Shown: positions 1-13,280, counted from the stretch's first letter. The stretch is DNA of 64,000 bases from Rhodosorus marinus CCMP1338 (GCA_029953675.1 JAMWBK010000005.1:3100001-3164000); one strand, 5' to 3'. The notes: generated by a model from the letters alone, not told the origin. Translations and numbers: made by a program.

Positions 1-1231
1 TCTCATAACCCTTATAGGCGCCGAATGCACCCAGCGCGAGGACAACAATGCCGATCACGATCAAAAGGAACGTCTGGTTGTCCATGGTGCCTTCGCCGGT
101 GGTGAGCTCGACAGTCTGATTGAAGTAGGTGCTTCCATAGCTCGCCACGAGTGGCGCAGAGATAGCCTTCTTCTTCTCATAGAAAACGGTCAAAGCCATC
201 TGATACTGTTTCGGTTCCAATCTCAAGAACGGGCGGAACTTGTAGATAACACTGAACTCGGACTTGGCCGGGATGGTCGCGTTAACAAGCGAGTACGAAA
301 AGTTCTGCACGAATGAAGAGTAAAGATCGTGCTGGTTCAACGAGCCCATCACACCCCAAACGTGAATTCCCTCATCAAGACCATTGACGAAGGTCATCTG
401 GGATTCGGTCTCCTTGCCCAGTGTGAGAGCTGCTCGCGATACGAGAAAAGGAGAAGATTCAGCAAATTTGTACCCAAATGTTGAAGTGGAGAGGTTTCCC
501 TCTTTCCCGTCTTCGATTTCGCTTACCATTGTTGTTCTCGTTGCCGAGGGTGGAATAGACGGAAATTCCGGAAAGCGGTGGTGGGATATCGTTGAGCGGG
601 TATCTCTGGGCAAACTCGTCATAACCCCTCTCAGGCTCGACATGTTCATCTTCATCGTCGTCTACTTCCGAGAGAACTTCTTCCAATACGTCGTCAGCTT
701 CCTCAACTTCGACATCATCTCCCGACATCTTCACTTTGAACTTCATCTGGTCCTTCGGCGGCTTCCCTTTACCATCAAGATTCACATTAATCTTGACGTC
801 TTCGTTCGACTCCACTTCTTCGTTCGAATCGACTTCGATCGGTTCGTCGCCTTCTTCGTCATCGTCGTAGGGTTCGTTAACGCCATTCAATCTATCTTCT
901 TCTTCCATTCTTCTCATGAACTCTTGCTCGTATTCGTCGTCATCGTCGCCAAATAAAGCCTCCATCTCCTCAATGTCGATGCCTTGTTGGTTAACATATT
1001 CTGCCCCATCCATATCGTCTTCGTCCTCGTTCGCGCAAGCACCTTCAAAAGCAGAAGAAACAAGTTTTAACTTACCCGATCAGTTTTACCCCGGGTGGGG
1101 GGGTGGGGTGTGGGGGGCAACCAAGAACCAAGGGGCTTTTTGCGATAATACGAACCTCTGAGAACCATTGCAGAGAGGAAGAACACCGCGCCTAACAACC
1201 CAAGTAACAAAAACTTGCTCGATCTCGCCAT
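1..1231 (-). CDS. SSR1: Translocon-associated protein alpha (TRAP-alpha); 3' end runs off the window
   Basis: Manual splice model: exons 1156-1231, 527-1042 and <1-429, GT-AG introns, frame preserved. Signal peptide MARSSKFLLLGLLGAVFFLSAMVLRG, long acidic tract, then VMGSLN...FVQNFSY...YKFRP...FNQTV and a C-terminal TM helix, typical of TRAP-alpha. Confidence 0.85.
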
Positions 1232-2899
1232 CGTCCAATATATATCTGTAGCTTCTCAGCAACAACAAGGACAACCCCTCAAAAATCTGTCTTCCTCTCC
1301 AATCTCCTCCTCAGAATGAATACAATATGATTCAAAAAAAAAAACCAGAAGTCCGCAGGAATCGATACCATTCACACCATCCTCCGAAGCAATCGCTAAT
1401 CGCACACCCAACCTCCCCCGCACCATAAAAGCCTAAGTCGATCAAGAAAATCAATCCACGCGCCGCCCTACAAAATCGCCAGAATTTCACTCTCTCCTTC
1501 CCCCCCAAACCCCCCCTTCTCCTTCCAGCTTCCGATACCCTTTTCGCATCACTAATACTCTATCCAATCTACCCCTCCCCAACTAACCAGCAATAGATAG
1601 ATATTCTCAAACTCCTAAATTAGAGCCCCCCAAATAACAAAGATAAAATATATATCTTATATTATCAAAATAATTTAGATCATTATAGTCTATGACTATA
1701 TGGCCGATATTTCTTTGAAATATCTTATTTAGAGAATATTTCAACTGGTTATAGTTTATTTTAATATTTTTCTCTCTGAACGCGAACCCCCCTCTATGCA
1801 AGTCTATTGGACCCCAACAGTCATTCCGTAAACAAAAAGCGGAGGGGGTCAATTCTTGAATCTGCAAATGGAACCTGTTGAAGGGGGTAGTTGCATTCAT
1901 GCCACCACTGAGATATCGGCCGGATGTAGTAGACAATGAAACTTGACTGAAATAGATTGAATATGGACAATATTGATTGTATTGAATCATTATAGACTGT
2001 TGTGGATTGCATCTTTGGATTGGATCGGAAGAGAAAATGTACTGTGGAAAATGGGAGGGATTGTGGTGGCGCTAGATGGGTTGGAGAAGGGGCAACAAAG
2101 TGGGCGAGAGTTGGTAATGGTTCAGGGGGACGGGGGAAGGGAAGTGGGGAGAGCGTCAGAGTTTGTGTATTGGGGTAGTTTTGCGATGCTTGTTTTGTTA
2201 TTTTAGCACAGATCTCTGTAGGGGGTTTGACTGTGTGCTTCATGTTCCCTGCTGAAGGCCAGATCCTGGGCAGGGTTTTTCCAGCTATCGGCTTTTGGGA
2301 AGGTAGCTTTTGTTGTGCTAGTGTTCAGTTGGTTACAATCTACTGCGGGATTGCATGTGAGCTGTGCTTGTTTTTCTCGGATGGGTTGTGCGGTGTCTCT
2401 CATTCCCATTAGCTGCTCCGCTGGCGTTCAAAGTTGAGTATTTCGCGGATGGACATATTACAGATCTAGGATCAAGCAGTCCTAGTCGATCATCTTAGTA
2501 CAGCGACGGGATTCGATAGATCGAAGTCTCTCGCTTGGCAGCATCAGGCGGGCGCGGACTAATGTCCTCCAAGAAGTCCGAAAAGCGGAAGAAGCATCGA
2601 GCATTGGAGCGGGTCCTTCGAACAGAAAACGAAGAGCGCCTTGTCCTCAAGATACAAGGACTACACGGAGAGCGTCTCGAAGTCGATCTCACGAACAGGC
2701 CAGTATGAGAGCCCTTCGCTACTTGCCAGACATCGAATCCATTCCGCTCAGCAGCCATCCTTAAGCTCAAACATTATGGTTAAGACGAAAGGGACAGGTC
2801 AAGGACTGACTTTCGTCCCTCGGCTTCCACATCACGTTCCAAAATTCTTGCTTTGGGTTGAATGCTCCAACGTCTACTCCCACTTATCCCAACCAGTTC

Positions 2900-3070
2900 A
2901 ATACGCGCGGTTACACAGAACGCGAAGTTGACACACTACGAGGAAGCCATGTCGATCGAGAAGTCCGGCGACAAGTACCTCCCATTTGCGATCGAAACTA
3001 TTTGTCCGGGTTGGACAACTGGCCGGGAAATTCTTGCGAGACAGTTGCAACTTGTTGAAACTCCTCAAGA
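2900..3070 (+). mobile_element. Decayed REL endonuclease fragment related to family D
   Basis: KLTHYEEAMSIEKSGDKYLPFAIET and, in another frame, GQLAGKFLRDSC align with KIAHYKEAMVIEKPDDKFIPIAIETFGRTGQMAQEFLRDSC of the ORF at 26314-27009. Confidence 0.7.
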
Positions 3071-3109
3071 ATGAAGTGGCAGTTCCTGGTGGCCGGGAGG
3101 TCTTGAGGA

Positions 3110-3240
3110 GGGAGTTTCGAGGAGTTGAAGACGGCTGTGACCTCGGAGCCCGTGCTCGCTTTGTCTCGGTTTGATGGAGACGGATTTGAGGTCGCGAGGG
3201 ACGCCTCCGGGGAGGGGATCGGCCGTGGTTTCGTTCAGAG
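3110..3240 (+). mobile_element. Ty3/gypsy pol relic (RT connection to RNase H start)
   Basis: FEELKTAVTSEPVLAL...FEVARDASGEGIG resembles the gypsy consensus F..LK..l...PvL..P.f...F.v..DAS..gig. Confidence 0.55.
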
Positions 3241-3705
3241 GTGTCTTGTCCATGACGGTCTCAATCATAAATCCAGCAATCTGATCCGAATAAACTATAT
3301 CCCCTATCCTATATATGATATGAATTCATGCAAGAACACTAAAAATCAATTTTCACAGCGACATGGTGAAGTACTATTGATAGAAAAAGACGATCACGAT
3401 AAACGTACTCTATATATGATATATATTATTTGTTAAAGGCAAAATTACTTGGTGAAGTGTAATTAACGATATGAAAAAACGATCATGTTTGGTTAAGGTG
3501 AAATGAGGCTGCTGAGCGTAGGATCCGAGAATCGAGGACTGTGGAAAGGGATCGATTTCAATCGGGGAGGTTTGGGCAGTTTTGGGATGATGGGAGGTTG
3601 GCTTGGGTTTCTATCTTGAGGTGGTGGGAAGGGGGGGCTGGGGGGGTTGGAATTGGTTGGAGAAGTATTTATATTTGATTTGTCCTATGCGGCTTTTTTT
3701 AATTT

Positions 3706-4835
3706 ATGTATAGCATGTATCGAGTTTTGAGTGTGGGTAGGAGGGCGCTTGGGAATGTTGGGATTGGTGGTTGGGTGTTGAAACGGTCGGGATGCGGGGC
3801 CGGTCGCACGTTGGTGAGGGGCTTGGCAGCAGCGAGTGGATCGAGGATCGGGGAGATAGTGGATTTGGCGGCGCGAACGAAGCCTTTGAAGGATGCTATT
3901 AAGTATTTGCAGACGACAAATGATCAGCTTTTGATTTGGACGAATTCTGATGTGAAGGTGAGTTTTGGGGTGGCTCCGTGACCTTTGTCAACGCGTACCT
4001 GGTGGCTCCAATTCTGGTGCAGTATGGCCTAAATTCCAAGGTTATTGTCTGGCTTGTTCTGTAGAAACATACGGACGCGTTTGCCAACGGACTGCTGGCT
4101 TCTGGCTTCTCCGCAGGTGACAAGATTGCAGTTTGGATGCCCACAGGGTCCATCGAGTACACTGTGAGCATCTTGGGAGCGGCGAAAGCTGGAATCACGC
4201 TAGTTACTATTGATCCGCCCGAAGACCCGACATCGGCGGATCTAGGGAAGGTCCGCGGGGCTCTGGAAACGTACAAGCCTAAGGGCCTGATCTTGTGGTC
4301 GGAGTATGGAGCCAACGACCCTGAGCAGGATGGTATCACGGGTATACTATCCAGCCTGTTTCCTGACAAACCCACTGAGAGGTCTTTGAGGTCCATGTTC
4401 ACCAAGTCGACGGGGATCAAATTGTCCGTCGGGAGCAAATACCCGTCTCTTGAATATGTCTTCCATACGGGTCAACAGAACATCCGTGGCACTTTGAACT
4501 TCAAGAATCTTCTCTTGTACAGTTCGGAGACTCCAAGATCAACAGCAAATGGGGAGGAGGATGTGCTTATTTGTGCCTCGTCGGGCGAGAAACTTTCCGC
4601 CGATGCTCTTATCGCTTCAGCCAAGACGCTTAGTCGAGACCTGAAGCTCTCCTCCAATCAAGACGAAAAAGAAGGCAAGGCAGTGCTGAGGACGACCGAC
4701 GTAGCGGACGGAACCGTTGCTAAGGGCCTCGTTGCAGCGATGATGAGCGAGTCGTTGTTTATTTCACCCTCTTACAAGCCCGTGGGAGACATAAGTTCTG
4801 AAACCGCAGCGAGAGAAGATGCTGTGGTTCTCTAG
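3706..4835 (+). CDS. Truncated AMP-binding (acyl-CoA synthetase-like) protein with a mitochondrial-type presequence, about 340 aa
   Basis: Exons 3706-3957 and 4065-4835 (intron GTGAGT...GTAG, in frame). Arg/Gly/Ser-rich N-terminus, then WTNSDVKKHTDAFANGLLASGFSAGDKIAVWMP...ILGAAKAGITLVTIDP, matching the ANL N-terminal subdomain. Confidence 0.75.
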
Positions 4836-5327
4836 ACCGCACCATCGCTGCTTGCTTACTCTAAAAGCTGACTCGCCTCCAAATGGAATAGGCAACGATA
4901 ATATTTTTGGAAAGCGAACGAGAAATGTATGGTTCACCCTCGCCTGAGGACCACCGAGCTTGTCAGCCCACTGGGCCATAGGAGCCGCCACCTCTAACAC
5001 AAAGTCCGGCCGCACCAGACCAATAAACCAAGTCCGTTGATATTCTGTTCAAGTTTCCAGTACATTAATTATCCTTACTTTTGCTACGGCTGTTGCACGC
5101 TTGTTGCCGCCCGGTACGTTCGACCTTGGTGGGCATTTTGTCGTCTCGCCCCTTTAATCTGCTTATCAGTCATTGCAGGGCCTTCCGATGGCCCAAGACC
5201 AGAGGAATGTGGCACAACCCACCAACGGGCCGTGGTGTACCTATACATCTCTTACAACATAGTGTATAGCTCACAACCATCGAGCGAGAGCAGGTGCTCC
5301 TTCTCTTCAGCATAAAGCATCTAAATC

Positions 5328-6395
5328 CTACGTCACGATGACCGCCATATCCAAATCCCTTCTTTCGATCACTGGAGTCATGCAAAGGGGGCACCAATTT
5401 TTCCGACGATTGACCAGCCATGCGTCGCAGCACGGCACATGAAATCTATGACCACATTTCAACTCCCTGACCTATTCAAACGCAAGAAAAAGAAACAAGC
5501 TTCTTAAGCTGCCCGTTTTCCTCGAACTGCTGCATCGCATGTGTTCACAACGCGTGGAACGGAGCACAGCAGAGTACTCTATCCCCTAAACCACCCTCAC
5601 AGATACGTCAATGAGCCAATCCAGTTCTTTGGGGTTACTGTCGTAGTCGAGGAGGATGCTCTGGGGACAGAGACACCAAGCGAGCAGACTCGTACGTAGA
5701 CCCACGTGCCTTTCTGAGAGATTTGGTCCGACTCACCTTTTGGTTTTCCTTCATAGGGCCAAGGCATACTATACACGATTCTTCCTCTTCCTCCTTCGAA
5801 TTTCCTCCTGTAGTTAGTACGGAGGATTCTCCGATTTCTCTCTGGATCTCCAAACGGCCTGACCAGTATCGCGTCTGTAGGAACGACGTATGTGGAAGAG
5901 GGTTGTAGATGATATTCTCCCGAAGCCCATGATCTGCCAGAACTCTATCGTCGTTTTCAATTCTCTGCTCATGCAGACGCTGTACAAGCGCAATCCCAAG
6001 CGCCGGGAACACGATGTATCCCACAAGCAGGATCGTATACCCCGTAAACACCTCTCTGTCTCTCTCAGAATTTCTGTCAAATTTTACCCGTTGCGCTCGC
6101 TCCCGCCTTTCATTGGGTCTTCGCTCAGTTCTTTTAGCCTGCCCTTGGACGAACCATGGCATCCTTTCCGCAGACCTGCATCAAACAGAGCCAGAAGCAT
6201 AACACAAATCAGAAACCCCTCCTAAAAACTAAAAGCACAGAGCGGAATTCAGGCAAAACCAAGCCACCATCCTCACCATTTATAAACACTCTCAGATTCC
6301 AGCAGATCCAGCCCTGCCGTCCTCATCGAGACCCCAAGAATAGTACCAAAAGCAATCAAAACACTAAGCCAAAATACGATTGCAGAGGATCCCAT
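5328..6395 (-). CDS. Membrane-anchored RING-H2 E3 ubiquitin ligase, about 233 aa
   Basis: Exons 6277-6395, 5737-6175 and 5328-5471. Splicing rebuilds CIVC...CGHRFHVPC...WCPLC (C3H2C3). Hydrophobic N-terminus plus an internal TM segment. Confidence 0.85.
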
Positions 6396-7181
6396 GGCAA
6401 AAATCCCCCAACCTCCTTCCTCCCACCCCCGCCACCGAATCCAAAGCCCACACAAATACGACCTTCCTACATTCAACCTACTACCACAGCATCACCTCCC
6501 CCACCTCACCCACAACAACTACTATAGCCCTACTAACGTACCACATAGTTATAGAATCATCACATTATATACCGATATCCCAATTTCATACAATTTCTCC
6601 AACAACCTCAGAGCCTAGTCAATCTTCAATCCCCTTACAAGGGACCACCAGTCTGCAAATCCCCACCCACCCCCCTCCTCTTCTCTCCCCTCCTCCCCGA
6701 AAAGGGACAGCTAACCCCAACAACAACTCTACTAGCTGCTCTGCTAGGAATAGCAATCGTTAGCTATAAGGTTATCAACGCATTCAAACCCCCCTTCCTC
6801 TCTACCCATATAGAAAAGCCTATCTTTAATTATTTTACAATATTAAGCATTTTTGGTATATATAGTATTGGGCGTAAGGGGGATTGGACTTTGGTTAGAA
6901 TTTCACTCCGAACGTGTTTGTAAAAGCTAATTGAACCTGATGGTTAAGTCTTTCGGTTTCTGCTCCCCCTGGTGAAGAAGAGATTTACTTAACTAGTATA
7001 AGACTGAAGCATGTTTTGATATCTAAATTTAGAGGATTCTAGGGCGTGTAAGGTTTTCTATCTGTTTAGTGGCGTTAGAAAGGGGGTGGGTAGGGGGGAG
7101 GGGGTTGACTTTATCCATGCTGTTTTTGCATCAAATTTTTCATCGACAAGAGGGGCCCTCTGGGTGAGTTGTTTGGAATGC

Positions 7182-7284
7182 ATAATGATTGAACTTCATG
7201 TGGTTAGGAGTTTGCAATCAATCTACTTGATTTTTTGGAAGAAGGCGCATGAATAATGATTGAACCTGAATAATGATTGAACCT
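7182..7284 (+). repeat. Three copies of ATAATGATTGAAC in intergenic DNA, including a 17-bp tandem duplication
   Basis: Copies at 7182-7194, 7253-7265 and 7270-7282. Confidence 0.7.
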
Positions 7285-9401
7285 GTAGTTGGGAGTTCGC
7301 TTTTGTTGCAGGGTTTGGTGAGTGGGGGGGGTGAGGGAGTAACGGAAATATTCTAAGCCCATTTTAGAATATAAATGACATTTTAGTCCTTTGTCTGAGT
7401 GTTTTGGAGGGTACAGGTTGTTGGACGGATTTACGTGCTGAGTGTAAATGGACAGGATTTGTTAGGGTTGGAATTCTGGCAGACCTCATTCGGGGAGGGA
7501 CCTTTGCTTCCGATAAAAAATGACGCTCATGTTAGATTGCAAGGGGCTGTGGTGAGGGGCCTTGGGTATGTTCACTGTTTGTACCCTTGTGAAACGATTT
7601 TCGATGCAGGGTCAACCATTATCTTGACGGGGAGCCTGACTATTGTCCAGGAGCGGGCTAACGCTTTTTCGCACGTTCTCACGTGTCAAGTTTTCGGATG
7701 TCGTGTCAAATTTGGAGAAGGCGTACTATTTGCAGCCAGCGCCTGGCTACGATTCGTGACCCTTGGGCAGTTCCCCTGTGTGAGGTCTGCTTAAATGCAG
7801 GTAAAAAGCTCGCGCATGAATCTGCGAGGGCGGATAAGAAGGCCAGAAATGCGAAGAACCAGCTCTCTAGTTGCTCATCGCTTTCTTCTATTTTGACGTG
7901 AAAGTGTAACCACGGGACCCGCCCCCTCTAAGAACCAACTGCTCACACGGCGCGGTAGTGCACATCGAAAACCTGCGAAAGGGCCGCGGTATTTGCAAAA
8001 ACTTGACCCAACCCTGCTGCGTGTTTCATAGAATTCACGAAAGGCAGGTTCCCAGGGTGACACGAACTTGCAACAGAAACTTGAAAACCTACTCAGAATA
8101 ATGCTTCCAACCTCTCCAAACACCAGCCACTACCTGCTAACAGAGGAACGAAGCCTACAACAAGCAATATTTCTGAACACATGGAATCCGCCTCCCTAGT
8201 CAATATAAAAGAAGTTCGATACTCGCGCAGCATCTGGTGGTGGCCTGTTGAAATATCTATTCAATGCTGTGTGAGTACAACGAGCTCTACTAGCCTCTGC
8301 CAACACCAGGACAACATCAACAATCCTAGCACGTCATAGACGCATCGTTGACGTCCTCATATCCATCAGCGCACTGACCTTTCCATCAAGTAGCAGAAGC
8401 TTTAATACACTTCTCTTCCCCCCTCCCCCTTTGGCACCAAGATCTATTGCCTTCTATAGTTTTTCAAACTTTTAAAAAAGTTTTCCGCTGACCACCCCTT
8501 AAAAACCCAGGAAAAAACGCTCGATCTAGCTCCAAGCACATCTTCCCCCTGCCACTTTTCACTACGAATAAGTCCTTGGAGATAGACTATTGCTACCCCT
8601 CCATTGCCAACTAGAAACAGGAACGGATAACTATATTTTTCTTACTAATTCAGTATAGCTATTGATAGTCCTACTTTGTCGGGGCATAGAAGATGTGAAA
8701 TCTCAAAGCGTAGATTTATCCACCCTTGGAAGACGTCGACAAAAAGGTCTTCAATCACTATCTGTTCTCACCCACCCTACTTCAGCTAACCTTTTCATCA
8801 GCGTCAAAAAAAATTGATTATTGATTAATGGCAATCATTTCTACCCCCCGACATCTGTTTAAATCGAAATAGGACACGTGCTAAATGATTGATTTAAGTG
8901 TTTAGGGGTTTTGGATGTTGTTTCTTGTTGTAGTTTTTTAAAAACAAAAAGAAATTTGGCAAAGGGCGAGTTGCGTCATCATCGGTTGATGTCTAACTCT
9001 CATCATCTAAAAGGTATTGTTCGGCACTGGGGACAGGCTATATATACAACCCGTTGTGGCGGTCAAGGGCAGGTTGGGTTTTCATCAGGAGGAGGGACGG
9101 GGGGAAGGGGGAGGGGGGGGGATCAAGGTAGATGGAGGCTAAGTGTTTCTTTTGTTCAAGGAGGATTGCGAGCTGGTTTGTCGATAGATCAATTGTTAAG
9201 TTGGAAAAGGAACGGTGTGAGAGCTTGGATTTTTTTTCTGGTTATCTAGCGCGTGGGTTTCGGAGTCCATGATATTCTTGTACCGTTGAGAAAGATCAGA
9301 AAGGTATTTATCCGGTTGCGTTCACGTTCTCTTTGCTTTTTTCTTTCCGGGACGCCGAGAACCCATAGAAAATTTTGGTTGGTGTGAATCATACGGGGCC
9401 C

Positions 9402-9757
9402 ATGTCCACGCAGAACATACAGTACTCCGAGAAGTATTACGACGATCAGTTCGAGTACAGGTGCGTAAACGTGGTCGCACGAGATCGACACAATTTGTTC
9501 GTGAATCGAATCGATTCGTTCTTCCGTCGACGTTGAAACTCATGGTCATTCGCTTGTGGTGCTTCGTTGTTGATTCGCCTAGGCACGTGATTCTGCCAAA
9601 GGACATTGCCAAGTATGTGCCACGGAGTCGACTTATGAGTGAAGAAGAATGGAGAGCACTCGGAGTACAGCAGAGCCGCGGATGGGTTCACTATGCCATT
9701 CATCGTCCGGAACCACATATTTTGCTCTTCAAGCGTGAGAAGGACGGTAGCTACTGA
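9402..9757 (+). CDS. CKS1: Cyclin-dependent kinase regulatory subunit Cks1, 77 aa
   Basis: Exons 9402-9460 and 9583-9757 give [30 protein letters not shown]...[35 protein letters not shown]. Confidence 0.97.
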
Positions 9758-10293
9758 GGAAAGGCTTGTTGTACAGAGTTAGTAAAGCGTTTACTCGAAA
9801 CCGGCATCTCTAACTCCCCGCGAAGGGCTCCTCCATGTGCTACAAAAAAACAACGTGTCTTTGGCTCTCGCCCGCAGCAATGGATCAAAAAAACCATCGA
9901 ATGGGCAGCGCGATTTCGCAAGACTATCCCAATATGCATGATCTACAGCCGCAAGCAAACTGGGCGTGTTTACAAGCACCTTAAGTTGACTCCGACGGAA
10001 TGGAGTCGCGTGAATCCTTACCAACAACTCCATTCCGTTGATTCGTGTTGGAACGTAAGTGCCTCAGAGTACAAGTCCGTCGCCTAGCTGACGAATGTCT
10101 AATCGGCAGAGCCTCCACCACAGGACAAACCGGGCTTGCGCCGTCGCACGTACAAGGGCTCTCTCGTAGCCTGAGACTCGACTGGACGCGTCTTTGCGTT
10201 CCCAGATTCCCATGTTTTTGACGTTGACGCAAACCAAAACTCAAGGAAACCGCGGAAGAGAAAACTCTCCACTGGCTTTGCACCTCCACCACC

Positions 10294-11764
10294 CTAACTA
10301 TCCCGCCCACCCGATCCGCCACATGTTTCACAGAACATGATCCCCACCCCAAGACACTGTGGACAGCTTGAACTCGACACGCCATGACGTCCAACACAAA
10401 CCGAGCAGTCTACAGATCCAGTTCCGCTACATACCGGACATCTAAACCATGAAAACAAATTGCAGGGAGCACGTGAGAGGGGGCGCATTATCCACCTAGA
10501 ATATTAACCCGTTTCGTACCGTGACGCTTCAAGTTCCTCCTTTTCCTTCTTCTCGTCGTCCAAGTTAGCTTTTCCCTGCCTTATTCCTTTGGTAACAGAT
10601 AGTGGTAGTTCAACGTTCTTTAGGACCTCCTCCATCATTTCATCGTACTCCTCCTCTGCATACAGTCCATCTACGGAGACTCCAGAACTGTCCGCTTCTT
10701 CTTCCAAACCTGTCGAAGAACTGGCGCTTTCATCATCAGCGGCTTTCGCTGCTTTTCGGGCTCCTCCCTTGCCACGCTTCTTCTTGGTGGGCTTTTCAGT
10801 GGTCTGTCCAGCATTCCTAGCCTGCCATTCAGAACAACAAGAGCCAAAAGGAAACAAAGTGGGCAAGCTGCAATTGCTTCAACCCGCTGCGAATGGTCGA
10901 CGTGATTACCGATGCTCGTTCTTTTGCCTTCTGAGAGATGAGTTTTTTGGTCCGTTCAGACCTCTTCCGGCCAAACATGGGGTTCTTCTCGCCAGTGAAG
11001 CTGTTTCAAAAGTAGTGCAGTGAACGTCAGGGGTGTATGAGAGACGATCATCAAATCGCGCGGTATATTGGATTGGGATCGATACCTTTCGCTCAAGGCC
11101 TGACGGTGTTCTTGGGAGAACTTGCGCCCTTTCAGTGCGGCGGAGATCTTTGCCTTGACTTCTGGCGAGAGGCGTCTACCTCGTAGGGATTCAGAAATTC
11201 TTTCTCTGGTCTCCTCTGAGACTTCTCGTGTTCGCCGCGGGTTGTTCTGACCTTCTGCTCTTCTTTTCTCCCAGACTGAAAGAGCTGCTAGTCTAATCTG
11301 CTAGATGTTCGTGTTTTGTCACGAGAGTGAGCTTCTTGAGTCCGTCACGGCAAGAGCCAGGTGCCGGCCGCGCGGGAACCCACCTTCTCCTTAGTTTCTG
11401 CCGATAATTTTCTTCCTTTCATCTTCTTTGATATTTGAGCCCTAGAGGAGCTGCTTAGCTTGGACGTCGACGCACGCCCATCTGCTTGGGAAGGATCCGT
11501 CTCCGAAACTTCCGAACCCTCCACCGCCGGTTCCACAGCTTCCACATCATCCGACTCATCGCCGCCTGTTTCATCCTCGGGTTCAGATATGTCAGAACTT
11601 GCATCCGCGACCAAAGCTATGTTCGTAAAATCCAACCTGGAGCGAGGCCCGACGTACGACACCCTGAATAGATCTGCCTGAGTAGTACAAACCCATGGAT
11701 TACCCAAGACTCCAGCTGAGAGCCGACGATATGGTACAATCGCCGAAACAAAAGCGGCCGTCAT
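10294..11764 (-). CDS. Plastid-targeted protein with NUMOD3 repeats and a C-terminal DnaJ-type zinc finger, about 377 aa
   Basis: Exons 11384-11764, 11086-11297, 10910-11000, 10520-10821 and 10294-10441, all in frame. Starts MTAAFVS. NUMOD3-like motifs KGRKLSAETKEK, GRRLSPEVKAKIS, KGRKFSQEHRQAL and GEKNPMFGRKRSERTKKLIS. Ends with four CxxCxGxG-type repeats. Confidence 0.8.
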
Positions 11765-13280
11765 TGGTATTCACCTTCTCTACCCATCGGTTTTATACAT
11801 AAACAAAAGACACCCCGCTCCCTTCCCCACGCTGCCCCTTCCCCCACCTAAGCACACCGCTTCAGTCCAAATAGCATAGAAAAAAAACCTAAAAACCCCG
11901 TAGTACGCCAATTTCAAGAATTCCAATATGGATCCTTATTCAACTAAGCCAAAAACCCAATCCTCCCCTTCACTCAACGAGAAGCTTTTCCACGCCAGCC
12001 TCACGGTTATACACAGTCCTCAACCGGGCCCCTCCCAACCCCATTCCCCAATTCCCCTCTCATCCCTCATCTCCCAATCCCATCCTCACCTTGGCTCCGT
12101 TTCCAATGGCCAAATGCAATTCCAATCAAACAATCACAAAAACTACAGGTAAACGAAATATACGTTTTTTGTTTGTTTTTTGTAAGATTAGTTTCCTAAT
12201 GTTATTTTCATTGGTTAGGGTTGTCATATCTGTCTGATTTCGTCCGATATACCAAGCTGTCCAGAAAAGAAGTTTCACAGACTGTAATTACGTAATAATA
12301 ATGAAGTTTATTTTCTAGCTCGCGTCCGGTAGAAATACTTCAAACCTCAATAACAAATAAAAAAACATCTTTTCGTCCAATCATGACCGACTGACGTCCG
12401 ATATTCATCAATCAACGACAATTATTGATTGATATTCAATTTTCTTCTTCGGATGGCGATGTCCCGGTTATGGTCTTCTCGGCAAATTTTGTGGCTTTGT
12501 CGGACCATCCCAATCGTACAGTTGTTTTAGAAGCTTTTCGAAGACATCCTCCTATTTTTCTACATTTATTCAACACTTTTTCTCGAATAAAAATTATCGG
12601 ACAGTTTGTAACTATCGAAGATTAAACCAATCAAGTGTAAAGTAGCGTTTCAAGTATCTAGAAACATCGAAATATAATAATGTCTTTATAGCTGTGATAA
12701 TACATTTCTGATTGAAAAAGAGATATTTTCCGCAAAATCCGTTGTGGTTTGCTAGAGATTTTTGTTTTGATTGGATTTGAGAAATATTTACGTTGTTTCA
12801 TGAACGAGTGCTTTGTCATTGGCTATGGTACAGAATATTTTTGTTAAGAAACGCATCGAGATTGTGTTTTTATTTAGTTTTAGTGAGGGTTGATAGGTTG
12901 GATTGGATTCAATGGAAACCATTCACACCGTTTTTGCGACGAAAAGTAGATCGTTTTTGGTTAGTTGCGAGAACGAGCTGTCTGGGGCATTTGCTAGCGG
13001 AAGTGGGATTGAGAACTGTGACCTCATTGCACAGACTACAACGCCGAGGCGATGACCCGCTCCAGGCCTTTGGTTAGATTGATTGCAGAACTGAAAAACT
13101 GGGAAGGGAGGCTCGGTTCAAAAGAGATGCAGTGAGGAGGCTACAGTTGTCTCTATCGTTCTAGCTCCGTCTGTCAAGCAACTGCCTAGGAGTCCAAAGA
13201 AAACGCAGCGTCTGTACTTTCCTCAACTGCAAACTACGTATGACAGATGAAGATCGACTGTCCGCTTGGTCACAAACTAT

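Noticed and set aside
2644-3070. 9-bp direct repeat tcctcaaga as a TSD around the family D relic
   Set aside because: The fragment lacks a 3' UTR and tail, and homology may continue past the repeat, so it is probably chance.
7399-8420. Possible spliced gene(s) on either strand
   Set aside because: Splice-like sites are present, but I could not build a consistent model or recognise a product.
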